64,000 bases of DNA from Curvularia clavata (lineage: Eukaryota), in the NCBI GenBank assembly GCA_023920165.1, contig CP089274.1:4898001-4962000 (forward strand), read 5' to 3'. Below are positions 1 to 11,574 of the stretch, in pieces (within the stretch, counting starts at the first letter, position 1; every line of letters starts with the position of its first letter). A model generated the notes under the pieces. That model searched no databases, had not been told where the DNA came from, and worked only from the letters and a program-made list of their open reading frames with translations. Both the position numbers and the translations under genes were made by a program.

Positions 1-1113
1 GCATACGAGGACATAGAGGACGATACCAAAACTCCAGACGTCGACTTCCGGGCCAGTATATTGCTTGGCCTGGAGAAGCTCGGGGGCGGCAAAGTACAAG
101 CTTCCACAAAACGTTTTCAGCTGGTTACGGGGGGAGAAGAGGTTGCTCAGTCCAAAGTCAATAATTTTGATGTCGCCCATTTTGCTGATGAGAATGTTCT
201 CAATCTTGAGATCGCGGTGGACGATGCTGTTTCTGTGGCAGTAGTCGAGGGCGCTAGCTATCTGGCGGGCAAACTTGCGAGCCTGCTTCTCCTTGAGGCG
301 ACCATGCGAAATGATGTAGTCGAGCATCTGACCACCATTGACGTACTCAAACATCATGTACCAGTGGTAGTTTGTTCGGACGACATCTTTCATGCCGCAG
401 ATGTAGGGATGGCTGAGGAGGCTGACGATGGCGGCCTCCCTGGCGGTGCGGACTTCCTTGGAGTGGTCGGCTCGTTCGCGGTCAGCGGCGCTCTGGTGCT
501 GGTCCTGGGACTGTCGAGGCACGATCTTGACAGCGGCCTAGAAAGGATTAGCATTGTCCCTTGCATGATTGACGCAGCCAGCGGAATGGTGCAGCCAAGC
601 CAATGCCCCCCCATTGAACCATGTGGCAACGAAACAAAGGGTACACACCTGTTCTCCTGTATCTACGTTCTTGGCCAGCTTGACCTTGCCCATGCTGCCA
701 GCGCCGATTGTCTTGCCTAGTGCCCATGTTCCTGTGGTCGGGGCGGTGATGGTTGTCCTGCGCTTGTTGACGGGCTGGGGCTGCATTGTGCGGGCATCGA
801 CAGCTACGCCATTGATGGGCATTGCGGAAGCCGTCGACGCGTCAGACGCATACCGCGAATGGCTTCGTCGGCTAGAGTCCGGGCGAGACTGGTCGTCGGG
901 GCGGCGGACGGGGGGCTGTTCGTGGGCGAGGTTGCTCTGCTCGTAGTCACGACGGGTGACGTTGTTCAGGGCAGGCTGGTGATGGCGGGAGTTTGCGTGG
1001 GCGCTGGGGCGGCTGGCGGTGCTGTGGGAGCGATTGGGCCTGTCTCCAGACCGGCGCGAGGTGGATGATGTGCGCACGACAGCAGGCGAAGTTGGGGCAG
1101 CAGCCGACGACAT
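1..1113 (-). CDS. kin1: Kin1/MARK (Par-1)-family Ser/Thr protein kinase, N-terminal part; gene runs off the window's left edge
   Basis: ATG at 1113; exon 1113-649, intron 648-538 (GTGTGT...GCTAAT...TAG), exon 537-<1. Spliced protein has [47 protein letters not shown] and [30 protein letters not shown], typical of fungal Kin1. Confidence 0.93.
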
Positions 1114-1341
1114 GGCGAGGATGGTGGTGTCGGCCGTACAGGCAATGCAGGGAGCAGCGGTGGGCCTGCGAGAGACTGGCGCACTGGGCGTTGGGCGAGC
1201 GCAGGACTCGACCACGTCGGGCCTATGGCAGAGAGAGTGACGAGATTACAGCGACAGTGCTCGTGGGCTCGTGTGGGTACGGTACAGAGGATATGGCGGC
1301 GGGTGGGTTGCAAGAGGCTAGGGGCCGATGCTACCACAGCC

Positions 1342-1633
1342 GTCGTCGTTGTCGTCGTCGTCGTCGCGGACGCGGGAACTTGGCACGCCTTCAGACGGCG
1401 TGTTGGGCGGTGCTGGGGGCAGATGTCGGTCCCGGGGCAGCAGCCGGCAGCAGGCACAGCAGACGCAGGGCCGAGGAGGGCGAGGGCGACGAGAGCATGT
1501 AGGGGCGTCTTCTTCCCGCCTAGCGCATGGGCGTCGTCGTCGTCGTCGTCGTCGTCTTGTTGTCGGCGTGGTGGTGATGGTTGTTATCTCATCGCCCGCC
1601 GGCCTGCCTACTACCTGCCTGCCTGCCTGCCTG
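1342..1633. repeat. Microsatellite cluster upstream of kin1: imperfect (GTC)n 1342-1365, (GTC)8 1533-1556, (CCTG)5 1614-1633
   Basis: Tandem repeats read directly from the sequence. Confidence 0.9.
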
Positions 1634-2377
1634 GCGCAATGCCCAGCGACTAGCCCGGTACGTAGAGGCCCGCCCACTCCTTTGGGCTGCATACTAGTGG
1701 GGTACAAGAGGCTCTCCTCCTCGAGACACTTGCATCCACGACCTGCCTTAAACGCATCACATCCAATGCACATAGTATACAGCGCATTCGCCTGCCCCGA
1801 CCGTGCGCCTGTCCCTCGACCACCCAACAAAACACTGCCATGGCCGTGCCTACATGCGACATCAGGGTCCCTGGCCTTGGCTTGGCCACGATACCTGCCG
1901 TCCCTTGCGTGCCAGGCACGGCACTACATCATCGGGCCCACTTGTGCCCTCTAGCTCCCTCTTGTCAACGGCATTCAATCTGCCTGGTATCCATCCATGT
2001 CCTCGTCCAGCGTGCACCGAGCAGATGCATCCCTCTGCCATTATCAGCCCTTTTAAGCAACATGTCTACGATATGAGCACGCATCGTCACGTACCATCAT
2101 CCCCTGCACGTGCGTACCCATCGGCCACACAGCAGAAATTGTGACTGCCCTTGCCATGAGATGAGATGTGAGGCATATTTTTAGCCAATGGCGCGACAGC
2201 CGCTTAGTCACCCGCCTTCCGCTTAGTCAGACTCACCACACGGCTCTTTCCGCAACACCAACCCGTCAGCCAATGGGAATTGCCTGATGCAATCATACAC
2301 CCAAACCCCAACCAGCTCTCTGCCTCCCATCTCTAAACCCAGCTCACGCGTCGCCCGGCTTGGACGCTCCCAGCGCA

Positions 2378-4552
2378 ATGGCGTACAAGCGCCCACGCCC
2401 TTCGTCCCCGCCAAACGCTCATAAGCGCACACGCCCAGGGCCTGCCAACTATGTCACCTTGGGCACCCAACTCCCCGAAGAAGAGGCAGACGATGGCGCT
2501 TTTGTCCCCGTATGGAAACAGACCGTGACCGACGAGCGCGGCAGACGCAGACTACACGGCGCATTTACTGGAGGCTTCAGCGCAGGGTAGGTTTCCAAGC
2601 CCGTCCTTTTGCGAACTCAAGACTTGACTATGCTAAGATATTTCAACACAGTCGGATCTAAGGAAGGATGGACTCCAAAGACCTTTGTATCCTCCCGCAC
2701 CAACCGCCACAAAGACCAGTCTGCCGGCCCTGTACAGCGCGCCGAGGATTTCATGGACGACGAGGATCTGGCAGCAGCAGCAGAGTCGCGCCAGCTCGAG
2801 ACGGCCCATACATTTGCTGGCATTGGCGGATCGCGGCAACACAACGACGATGGCTTCTTTGGCCTATTCATGACGCAGGAAGAGACCATGGGTGTCAAGC
2901 TGGCCCAGAAAATGGGCTGGCGAAGGGATCAGGGAATTGGCCGGAAAGTGCGCCGGAATGCCATCCTGGAAGATGGCGCAGCCAGCGTACACCAAGACTC
3001 TGCGCATTTTTTTGCACCCCGAGATGCTCGCATCATGCCTATTCCCAAAGAAGAGGTTCGCCGCAAAGGTTTAGGATATACTTCAGAGGCGCGTCTGGGA
3101 GCTATGGAAGAGGAACATGAGCATCCTTCAGAAAAGTTTAGTCTCCATTATCTCGAAGGCCCCAAGAAGACGCCGACTGTCAAAAAGCCCGCAGCTAAGA
3201 AGTCCTCATTCGGCGTGGGCGTTCTCAACGATACCGGTTCTGACGATGAGGATCCGTACGAATTGGGCCCCAAGATTACCTTCAACAAGACAATAGGAAA
3301 GGACAAGAAAGGGAAAAAACCAAGCAAGTTTGCCAAGCCAGGTGCTGGGGAGAAGCATGTCTTTGTTTCGAAAAAGAGCGCATCGAGGGCTGTGGTTCCA
3401 GTGACTCGGACATCTCTGGACGGCAAGGCTCCACTCAAAGGATTCGTATTTGCAACCGGCCTCAGCGATATCACAGCCAAGCCAAAATATCCACCACCAA
3501 AGATCCCTCCAGGATGGAAATCTTCCAAAAGCACTGCTTCTGTATCAGAAACAAAGGAATATCAGTCCGTGGCAGATGCAGCAAAAGCATCGACGCTCAA
3601 TGCAAAAGATCGTTCAGCTTTACTTGGCGAGAAACCCCTGCCTGGCAAGTCCATATTTGACTTCATACCCAAAGATGCCCGAGATCGGCTTGCAGCGCTG
3701 TCTGGAAAGGCCGATCTTCCCCAAGGTCTTGGAGAATCCGCTCCTGAGGGGTATCTGCCGGCAGACAAAGCACAGGCAAAAGACCTTTGGAGCCTTGTAC
3801 CTACTCTCGAAAAGAGTCTTGCCACTGGTGCCCTCGCAAAAGGTGCAACCGGCTGGATGCCTTATGCAGAGGATCTAGAAAAGCGTGCACGATATGTTGG
3901 CTTTTTGGAACTCCGGGCTGGACTGAAAAACGACTTACCCGAGCGCCCTGAAGGAGTGTCTATCTCAGACTGGGTCAAGGAGCTGCAAGAGTTCGCTCAG
4001 GCAGCACAGGTATTCAAGCCAACTACGGGCATCATGGCGTCCCGATTCACCTCTTCATCGTCCTCTACGACGGGTGTCGATGGTAGTGGCACAGCTGATA
4101 GCAATCTTCTACGGCAGCCTGCGGCAAAACCAGAGGATCCCGCCGAATCGGCTGCAAAACTCGGCATGTACGGCCCAATGACGCGAAGCACTTTTCCATT
4201 TCACCCTTCTCGGCTTCTGTGCAAGCGCTTCAACGTCAAGCCTCCGCCAGATATGCCACCCGAGTTTGACGACGGCGAAAGCAGCTTTAAACCACAGACT
4301 GAAGAAGCAGTCTCCAAAGCGACCATGGATAGGCTGCAGCATGAGTTTTTGACTAATGGCTCGGCTCTTCAGCGTCCAGCTTGGATGAATCAGCCGACTG
4401 AGGCGTCTGCTGCTGCTCCTGCTGCTGCTCCACCGCAGACTGAGCATGCAACAGTGGATGTGGAAAAGAACGATGCGTTGTTGAATAAAAGAGCGCCCGA
4501 AGATGTCTTCAAAGCCATTTTTGGTGACGACGATGACGACGACGACGAATGA
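2378..4552 (+). CDS. G-patch domain protein of the GPATCH1/TOUGH (DUF1604) family, splicing-associated
   Basis: ATG 2378; intron 2587-2637 (GTAGGT...TAAG) restores [34 protein letters not shown], the GPATCH1/TGH N-terminal signature. G-patch [19 protein letters not shown]-terminal [11 protein letters not shown] and [12 protein letters not shown]. Confidence 0.9.
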
Positions 4553-4750
4553 GGATGTATGGATATGTGTACATCAGTAGGCTAACACTCGGCCGAATCA
4601 TCAACACACTTTCCAATAATGCGGTCATATGTCCCATTTAAGAGGGATTGTTAAAATACTTGATTTCCACTAGCTAATACCTGTTGTACAAATACACAAC
4701 TGAGCCGTATGCACAAAAAAAACCCCCTCCCTCAGCTTTACTCCCTCTCC

Positions 4751-6697
4751 TCACGCCCTATCACTCCTCCTCTTCCACTTCTTTAGCACCACCCACCTCT
4801 TCCCGCCATCATACACCTTCCTCGTCCAACTACTCGTCACAATACTACCCTCAAATGTGCCACTCATCCAGCTAAATAGCACCAGCAGCGCAGCACTCGC
4901 TCCCAACACCCACCCAAAGCTGCGCCAATAACTGCCCATCTCAAACATAAAATCCTTGAACTGAATGCTAAAATACCCCGTCATGAGCGTGACGGGCGTG
5001 AACAAGATGGTGATTTTGGCAAGCAAGAGCGTGACCCAAGTGAGGCGCTCGACGCTGTAAGATTCCTTGATAGCAATGAGGTTAAAGTTCATCATGACGA
5101 GGGATTCCTTCTGATCGAGACACTCTTGGATTTCGCTCAGGGCGTACAGCACGATGCGGTCTTTTAGGCGCTCGAAGCGCACGCGGGCGGCAGAAGAAAG
5201 AGCGACGCCGAGGAGGCTGTCTGTCTCGGGAACGAGGGCGCCTGGAGGCAAGGGCGCTGCGTCGTTGAGAACGTACGTAGATGCGAGGGAAGCATCGCCA
5301 GATAGAATGTGGGAGTTTTTCAGCGAGGCGAGCGTCACTTCTTGCTTGCGGAGGACACGCTCGATGATGAGTTCGTAGCTTTGATAGACGCGCTTGAGCA
5401 CGGCGAGTTGGCAGCCGATATGGTGCAGTTGGTCGACGTGCGTGAGGTTGGCTTTTTCCAGCATCTCTCTACGCAGACGATCGAGCTCCGCGCCGTAGCC
5501 TTGTTCCCGCCGCGAAATAATGTCAAACGTGGCGCCCCAGTCTTCGAAGAGGTAGTAGAAGAGAAGTCCCGGGGCGTCGGTGGGACGGTGTGCGGTTTCT
5601 TCTTGGCTTCTGCCTAGGCGTTGGCGAAGAGGTAGTTGGACGAGGGCTGCGTCTCGGAGCGGCGTGGGTGCTTTTGTGAGTTGGCGGAAGACATTGACGA
5701 GGTTTCTTCGCGTGGTGAAGAGGACTCTGAGATCTTGAGCGCTTAGCACGCCGTTGGAAAAGGGAAAGGGGTCTTCGGATATGGAGATGATGGTTTTGCC
5801 TTCACAGAGGGCAAGCCAGTTCCACACTCGGCTTCCTTGGGGTAGCTCGCGGCTTTGGTCCGCCCATTCGTGGTTATGGGGTGCGTCGACGGGCTTGCTG
5901 CGGACATTGTATAAGGCGTTGTAGCCGATACACATATCTGTTTTGGTATTAGCAACAGTTCTTTCTGCCTGCTGTTCTAAATGATAGAACAGATATAACT
6001 ACACAAACTTACATCTGCGACCCTTATCCACTGTGCTCCAGTGCCACACATCATTCACCAACTGGTAGTGGCTCATGTCTCGCACCATCTCCATCTGTGT
6101 CGACTGCATCATACTCGTCATACCAATACTCGATTCTTCATCCATAATCTCTTCATTTGCCTGTCTTGCCCTCTCCTTGACCGAACTGCCCTTCTCAGAT
6201 CTGACTGACTTGTGAGATACCAGTGACCTCAGTGTTGAGGAACTCTTCTTCGTTTTGAGTGATGATCCAGTACGTGGCTGTATGGGATCACTTTTCATTA
6301 AACCTGCGAGGCGGGGCGTGAAGTCAAAGTGGGTAGCCAGCGTCCGAATCAGATCCTTCTGGTTGTAGGGCATCCATATGTGGATCCACCGAGTATGCAA
6401 CTCTGTTGGTCGTGGCGCGTTGAGCAACTTCTCATATGACTGTGCATCAAGATCAAAAGCACAAAAGGCCTTGTCTTCGCCGAAATCGATACAAAAGTTG
6501 TTGCTCTTGGGATCCCGTGTCTGCCTGTCGAACAGGTCAAAGTTGCGTTCTGAGTCAAAATCTCGGAAGTTGTGTCGGATATTGTCGTCTTCGAGGTCCT
6601 GATAGTATGTCGGGAGGTCCTCTGCAGGTGATGCGGGTCTGAATGGAGAAGCCATAGCTTTGGGATTCGAAGTACGCAGAGGTGGACGCTGTTGCAT
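4751..6697 (-). CDS. CorA-fold membrane protein with two C-terminal transmembrane helices, function unknown
   Basis: ATG at 6697 (alternative 6655); intron 6012-5938 (GTAAGT...GCTAAT...CAG) joins the two ORFs in frame. A helical stalk is followed by ESYSVERLTWVTLLLAKITILFTPVTLMTGYFS and a second hydrophobic helix, matching CorA-like architecture. Confidence 0.75.
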
Positions 6698-8529
6698 GGT
6701 TAATGATAACAATAGTAATTAGCACTGATGCTTGGATGACGATCTCGTCCAAAGTGAAAAGGCTGGTGATGTGAACTCGTGTGGCTACTTTCAATAGTTG
6801 CGGGTCCTGCGTAACGTTCGAGCGGCTTGTCACGCGGCTTCATGGGCAGGCAGACAAGCACCTGAACAAGAGTCTCACATTGTCGTAGGCTAACCAGCCT
6901 TGCGACTGCTTGTGCAATTTGTCAAGTATCATCAGCATGGTGGAAATGTGGAGAGAAACAAGACCTAATCAGGCCTGTGAAACGTAATGTTCGAGCGTCC
7001 TTGGGCAGTACAAAGTTTGGTGTTGCAGTCATGTGCGTCCCTAAAAAGTGCGGAAGGTATCGCGAATCCGTCCCCTTTGCGCCCTCTAGTATGATGAACA
7101 GCTCGCCAAAGCCCAACAACGATCGCACAGTAGACTCAAAAAGCTAGTCGAGGCGGTGAAAATAGTGAGATGTCATGCTCGAGGAGCGATTTCTATACGA
7201 CGAGCAGCTGAGTACACCCGTTCCACTTGACCACCAAAATGACGTATGCCACCCATCTCATGTGACGAGTACAGAAATAGATCATGGATAGACAGAGTCT
7301 AAAACACCGAGTCTCGGCAAACCCCTCGGCTCGATCCAGGTGAGGAGAGGAGAAGCTGACGCAAAAAGCCTCACATTGTGTGTTGTAGAATAGGAGTTCA
7401 AGGGTCGTGTGCCCGTCTCACCCCTGGGTGGCAGATGACCGTCCCAGTGCCTAGTAGTAGATGATGCGCGATATTGCCAGATAAGGCAATACACGAAATC
7501 TCCGTCGAATACAGCGTCTAGGTAAGCCTGAACTCGTGTTCACACCAGGCAGGGTGGACAACGCCCCCGTCCATGCCAGCAACCCCCTGACAGACCCAGT
7601 CGCTAGATTGATCTCATGGCTGAAGTGGTGCAACCAGCCGCACACCGCAATCTATATTGCGTTCCCATCAAGGAGAAACATACGTCCGAAGGCCGATCGT
7701 CCACGGGTTAGCTGTCCACCGAGTGGGAACTCAACGGCAGAGGCGGCGGATGGGACTGGAGGAAGTAAGCTGGTGCGGGAGTACCAACCCGGAGCACAGA
7801 GTAACACTCCGCTGTGATCCACGGTTTTTCACAAACTGCCACTTTGGGAAGTACGCTTGGCGCTATTATGCTTTTTCTGTGACCTAGCTGAGTGCAGGCT
7901 GTGGTTGCCTGCATGGATGGTCGTGGCGGCCTGACTATCGTAGCTATTGGTTGGTTTCCAGCCCTGTGAGAGAGTAGTGGTCAAAGAAGAGGAACAACAG
8001 CTTAGAGTTCACATCTTGTGTGTCGGGTAACGAATAAGTAGGACGGTGTTAGAGTAGCCGTTGGAGTGGTGGTGGTGGTTATGGTGTTGGTGGTGCCGTC
8101 CCCACCGCGGAACGCAACAAGAGGCTTCTCGGACCAAGACTCCGAAAAGGAAGTCTCAGGGTCCGCCGTGATCAACAGGTCTTCTGAAAACATACCTAAA
8201 TAGGTATATGCAGAATGTGCATCCACGGAAAGTATATTAAGTGCCACCGGGTGTGAAAAGAAACGGGAGCAGGCTAATCAAAGTAACAAGAACAACAGTT
8301 CTGTGCTATGGATACAGATCCATTCCTTCATTCATATATGCCTGTGATATGCTATAAATAAAGCTGAAGAAGATGTTGTAGAAAAATACAGATGCAATGC
8401 CAGGTCAACAGCGAATGCGAAATATAAGGTTGCCAGTCTTGGCCACCCAACGCCCCAGGGTATATGTCAACTACAAAGCAATATGCTCCATCCCCAGATA
8501 TTTTCTCCTCCCGTCTCTTTGTCTATGCT

Positions 8530-10890
8530 CTATAGTTCCATGACTTCTTCCGGCTCAGTCGTTGACGAGGTGCCAAATACTTGTTTGATCTCATCCGAAT
8601 CCATGGTGCCTACAAAGGCGCGCTTCACAAAGGTGAACCAATGCTTTGACGCCTTGCCCTTCTTTCCGTGCTTGCCCTTCTTTCCCTTCTTGTGCTTGTG
8701 CTTTTTCCCTTGCGTGGTATTGTCTAGGTCTTCGCTGAAGTCATCCCCTAGCTCCTCATCCTCAACCTCCTCTACTTCTTGCATTCCAGCTGCTTTCTGT
8801 GCAGGCGACCCGATCTTTCGCGCATACTCGACCCATCGTCGTACGGTGAGATCGTGAAATCCTTTGTCTTTCTTTGTGTCGTATTCTACCTCAAAAACAA
8901 ACTCTCTTGGATGGGGTTCGGGCCGTGGCTGTTTGCCCTGGTGCTTCTTGTGCTTTCCTTCCTTCCACTTCTTGTTCTCGATGTTGCCATCAGAGATGGC
9001 ACTGATTCCAAAGATGCTTTCGATAGATAGGACATTGACAGAAGCATCTGGGCGGGCTGACAGATTGGGTGGAGGCTCGACAAAGTCGTTGTTGATGTGA
9101 GTCAAGTTTGCGTAGTATTGAACAATTCGTGTCAACGTAAGCGGCTGAGGTGAGTAGGCAGGGCCAGGAGGGGCCGACTTTGAGGGTCCATCGGGAACCT
9201 TGAACTTGTACTTCCGCTCCTTCTTGCCTTTCTTTCCCTTGTGCTTTTTCGCAGCATCGACATCCTCCGAGTAGTCTTCATCATCTGTGTCAATATCGGT
9301 GAAAATTGGCAGCTGATCGGCATAGATCTCGGTCTCCAACGGACTGGTAGGGCTCGAGGATACGCTCAAGTGTTCCAGTCCAGTGATGTTGTACTCAAAG
9401 ATGCGCAGTGTGGGGAAGTAGTTGGGTACCACGCTGGGGGAGACGAGGGATGCTGCGTATCGTTCAGCGTACTTGCCCCCAATCTGCTCAAGATATTTCT
9501 TTTTCCGCTCTTTCTTATCTTTCGACGCGTTCGTAACCTTTGACACGAGCCACTCCCATATCGACTCTTGCTCTTCGTCTTTGAAATCTCGTGCGCTAGT
9601 CTTCTTTGTCGGTGGGGCAGGTAATCGTGCCCAAACCTTGCGGAGATCCAGTAGATAATCAGACGCAGATGCAGTCGTGACCTCGCCATCGACAAGCAAA
9701 CTCTTTTCGTTGTCCAAAGCAGCAGATTTCCACATGGCCTTCATCCTGCCATTCTCCGTGTCTTTTTCTATGTTGTCGAAATCCTGCAGCATAAAGTGAT
9801 CAATGTTCATGTGTCCATAAAGACTGCCAACAATGACGTCTCTGAACTGGCGCACAAAAAGTGCATATTTCTGCCAACATGTCTCGTCCCAACTCTCCTT
9901 GCTATCGACTCGGGCGGGTGGCACGTGGCCCAGGAGTATGGCTTTCATGCCACGCTCCCGTAGAAGCTGGAGCTGAATGCGCAGCCATTCCATGTGTTCG
10001 TAGCCGGGCTCGTGTTTCTTTGCGCAGCCGTCGACAGCCGAGTTGGACGTGAAGAAATAACTGGAAGATGATTAGCAAATGGTGCGGAACATGGTCTTTG
10101 TGCTGCCACATACATGGTGTTCAGGCTTATAGCAGCCAACTTGCCCGGGATGACCTCGACGGAAAACCAGCCGCCCTGCTGGAATTGATGTCTTTGGGCC
10201 TCTGGTATAAATCCGCGCCAGATATCCAGGTACCTCATTGTCCAAGCGTTTGGTCCGCTGGTGAAGATGTTGTGAGGCATGATGTCGTTGTTGCCAAAAG
10301 TCGGTACAATGGGTATCACAAAGTCACCGGGTCCACGACTGGGATTGGGTCGTCCGAAGACGTCGACAAACTTGGAGACCATGAACTCATTCTGGTCGAT
10401 AATCTGCTCGCGCGTGCGAGGTAATTTCTCGTCGTTGTCGTGCCGTGCCGAGTCGCCGGTCCATATTACGAAGTCGATTTCATCTTTGATGTTGTCCTGT
10501 ATCCACTGGAACGTCTGGTTCACCAGGGCAAAGGGAGAGTCGCAGTCGGTCGTTTCTGCGCCGTAGATGCCGGCGGGCCCGCGATTGCGATGGCATGCTT
10601 CGCCCGAGGCGGTGCTCGAGTATGTCTTGTAGAATGGGTCGGGATGGAAGTCTGGACCGTGACGTTAGCTCCCAGCAGACGTGGGCAATGAGGGACTTGG
10701 CTGGCCTACCCGTGATATGGAGGAACCTCCCCGTGAGCTTGCGTTGACCACTGGCGTGGCTGCTGGCGTCTGCTGCGTGTGGATGGCTGCTGCTTTGTGC
10801 ATCACCAACCGCGTTACTCTGCGGGGCCGCGCTCGCATGGTGCCCCCAGAAGAGCAGGCTGCAGGTCAGCGCGTCCTTTGTACGCCGCAT
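8530..10890 (-). CDS. PPN1: Endopolyphosphatase (calcineurin-like metallophosphoesterase)
   Basis: ATG 10890; introns 10709-10652 and 10113-10061. Motifs GRFLHITDFHPD, DCDSP, WTGDSARHDNDEKLPR, GNNDIMPHN, GHVPPAR, GHMNIDHF, PSVVPNYFPTLR. Confidence 0.93.
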
Positions 10891-11574
10891 AGCTGTGGCT
10901 AGGAAGGTCGAGTGCCAAAGCGACTCTTTGGGAGCGTCGCTGGGTGTCGCGCGACTGTATAATAACCCCAATGCTGCCAGGAACCCCCAAGACACCTTGT
11001 TGGCACACGCTGGAGACGCTGGGGGTGACCAAGGCCCAACGCGAAGCCACGCCGGCGAGCACGATCCTTCACAAACCCTTGCCATTGGAGCGTCATCGTC
11101 CTCGCGCTAAAATCACACCCACACATCCCCAGACATGAACATCGACGCCGCACATGGCTTGCTCGTGTGACTGCAACATCTGCCTTGGTTTAGACTATAT
11201 TTCCCTACTTCTTCTAGCTATAGTGAGAGGACACCTTCTCCCAGTCCTGCAAATGCCGCAAATGCTTTGGATCCATACAGCCCTTTGAGCGATTTTTTTT
11301 TGTATACGCCGCCATCCTACTGCCAGATATAAACACCGCCAGACACCCCCCCAGCAGGGAATGTCCATGCAATACAAGAAGTAAAAGTAAAAAAGTGTCA
11401 AAAAAGCCCGTAACTAGTCATGCCTTGAGTAGTCCGACAGAGCCAAACACCTACGCTATGCTGCAAATATACGTGACGCCATGCCGCCGTGAAAATTCAA
11501 AACTCCCATATGCTGATGATAAATGACGCTGAAACCATGTCGGACCATCATGTGCCGTCTGCGTGCGACCCATC

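Noticed and set aside
61..720. 219-aa + strand ORF
   Set aside because: Antisense shadow of the kin1 kinase domain.
8002..8247. Short minus-strand ORF with a Thr run
   Set aside because: Explained by an imperfect (GGT)n microsatellite; no domain or splice support.
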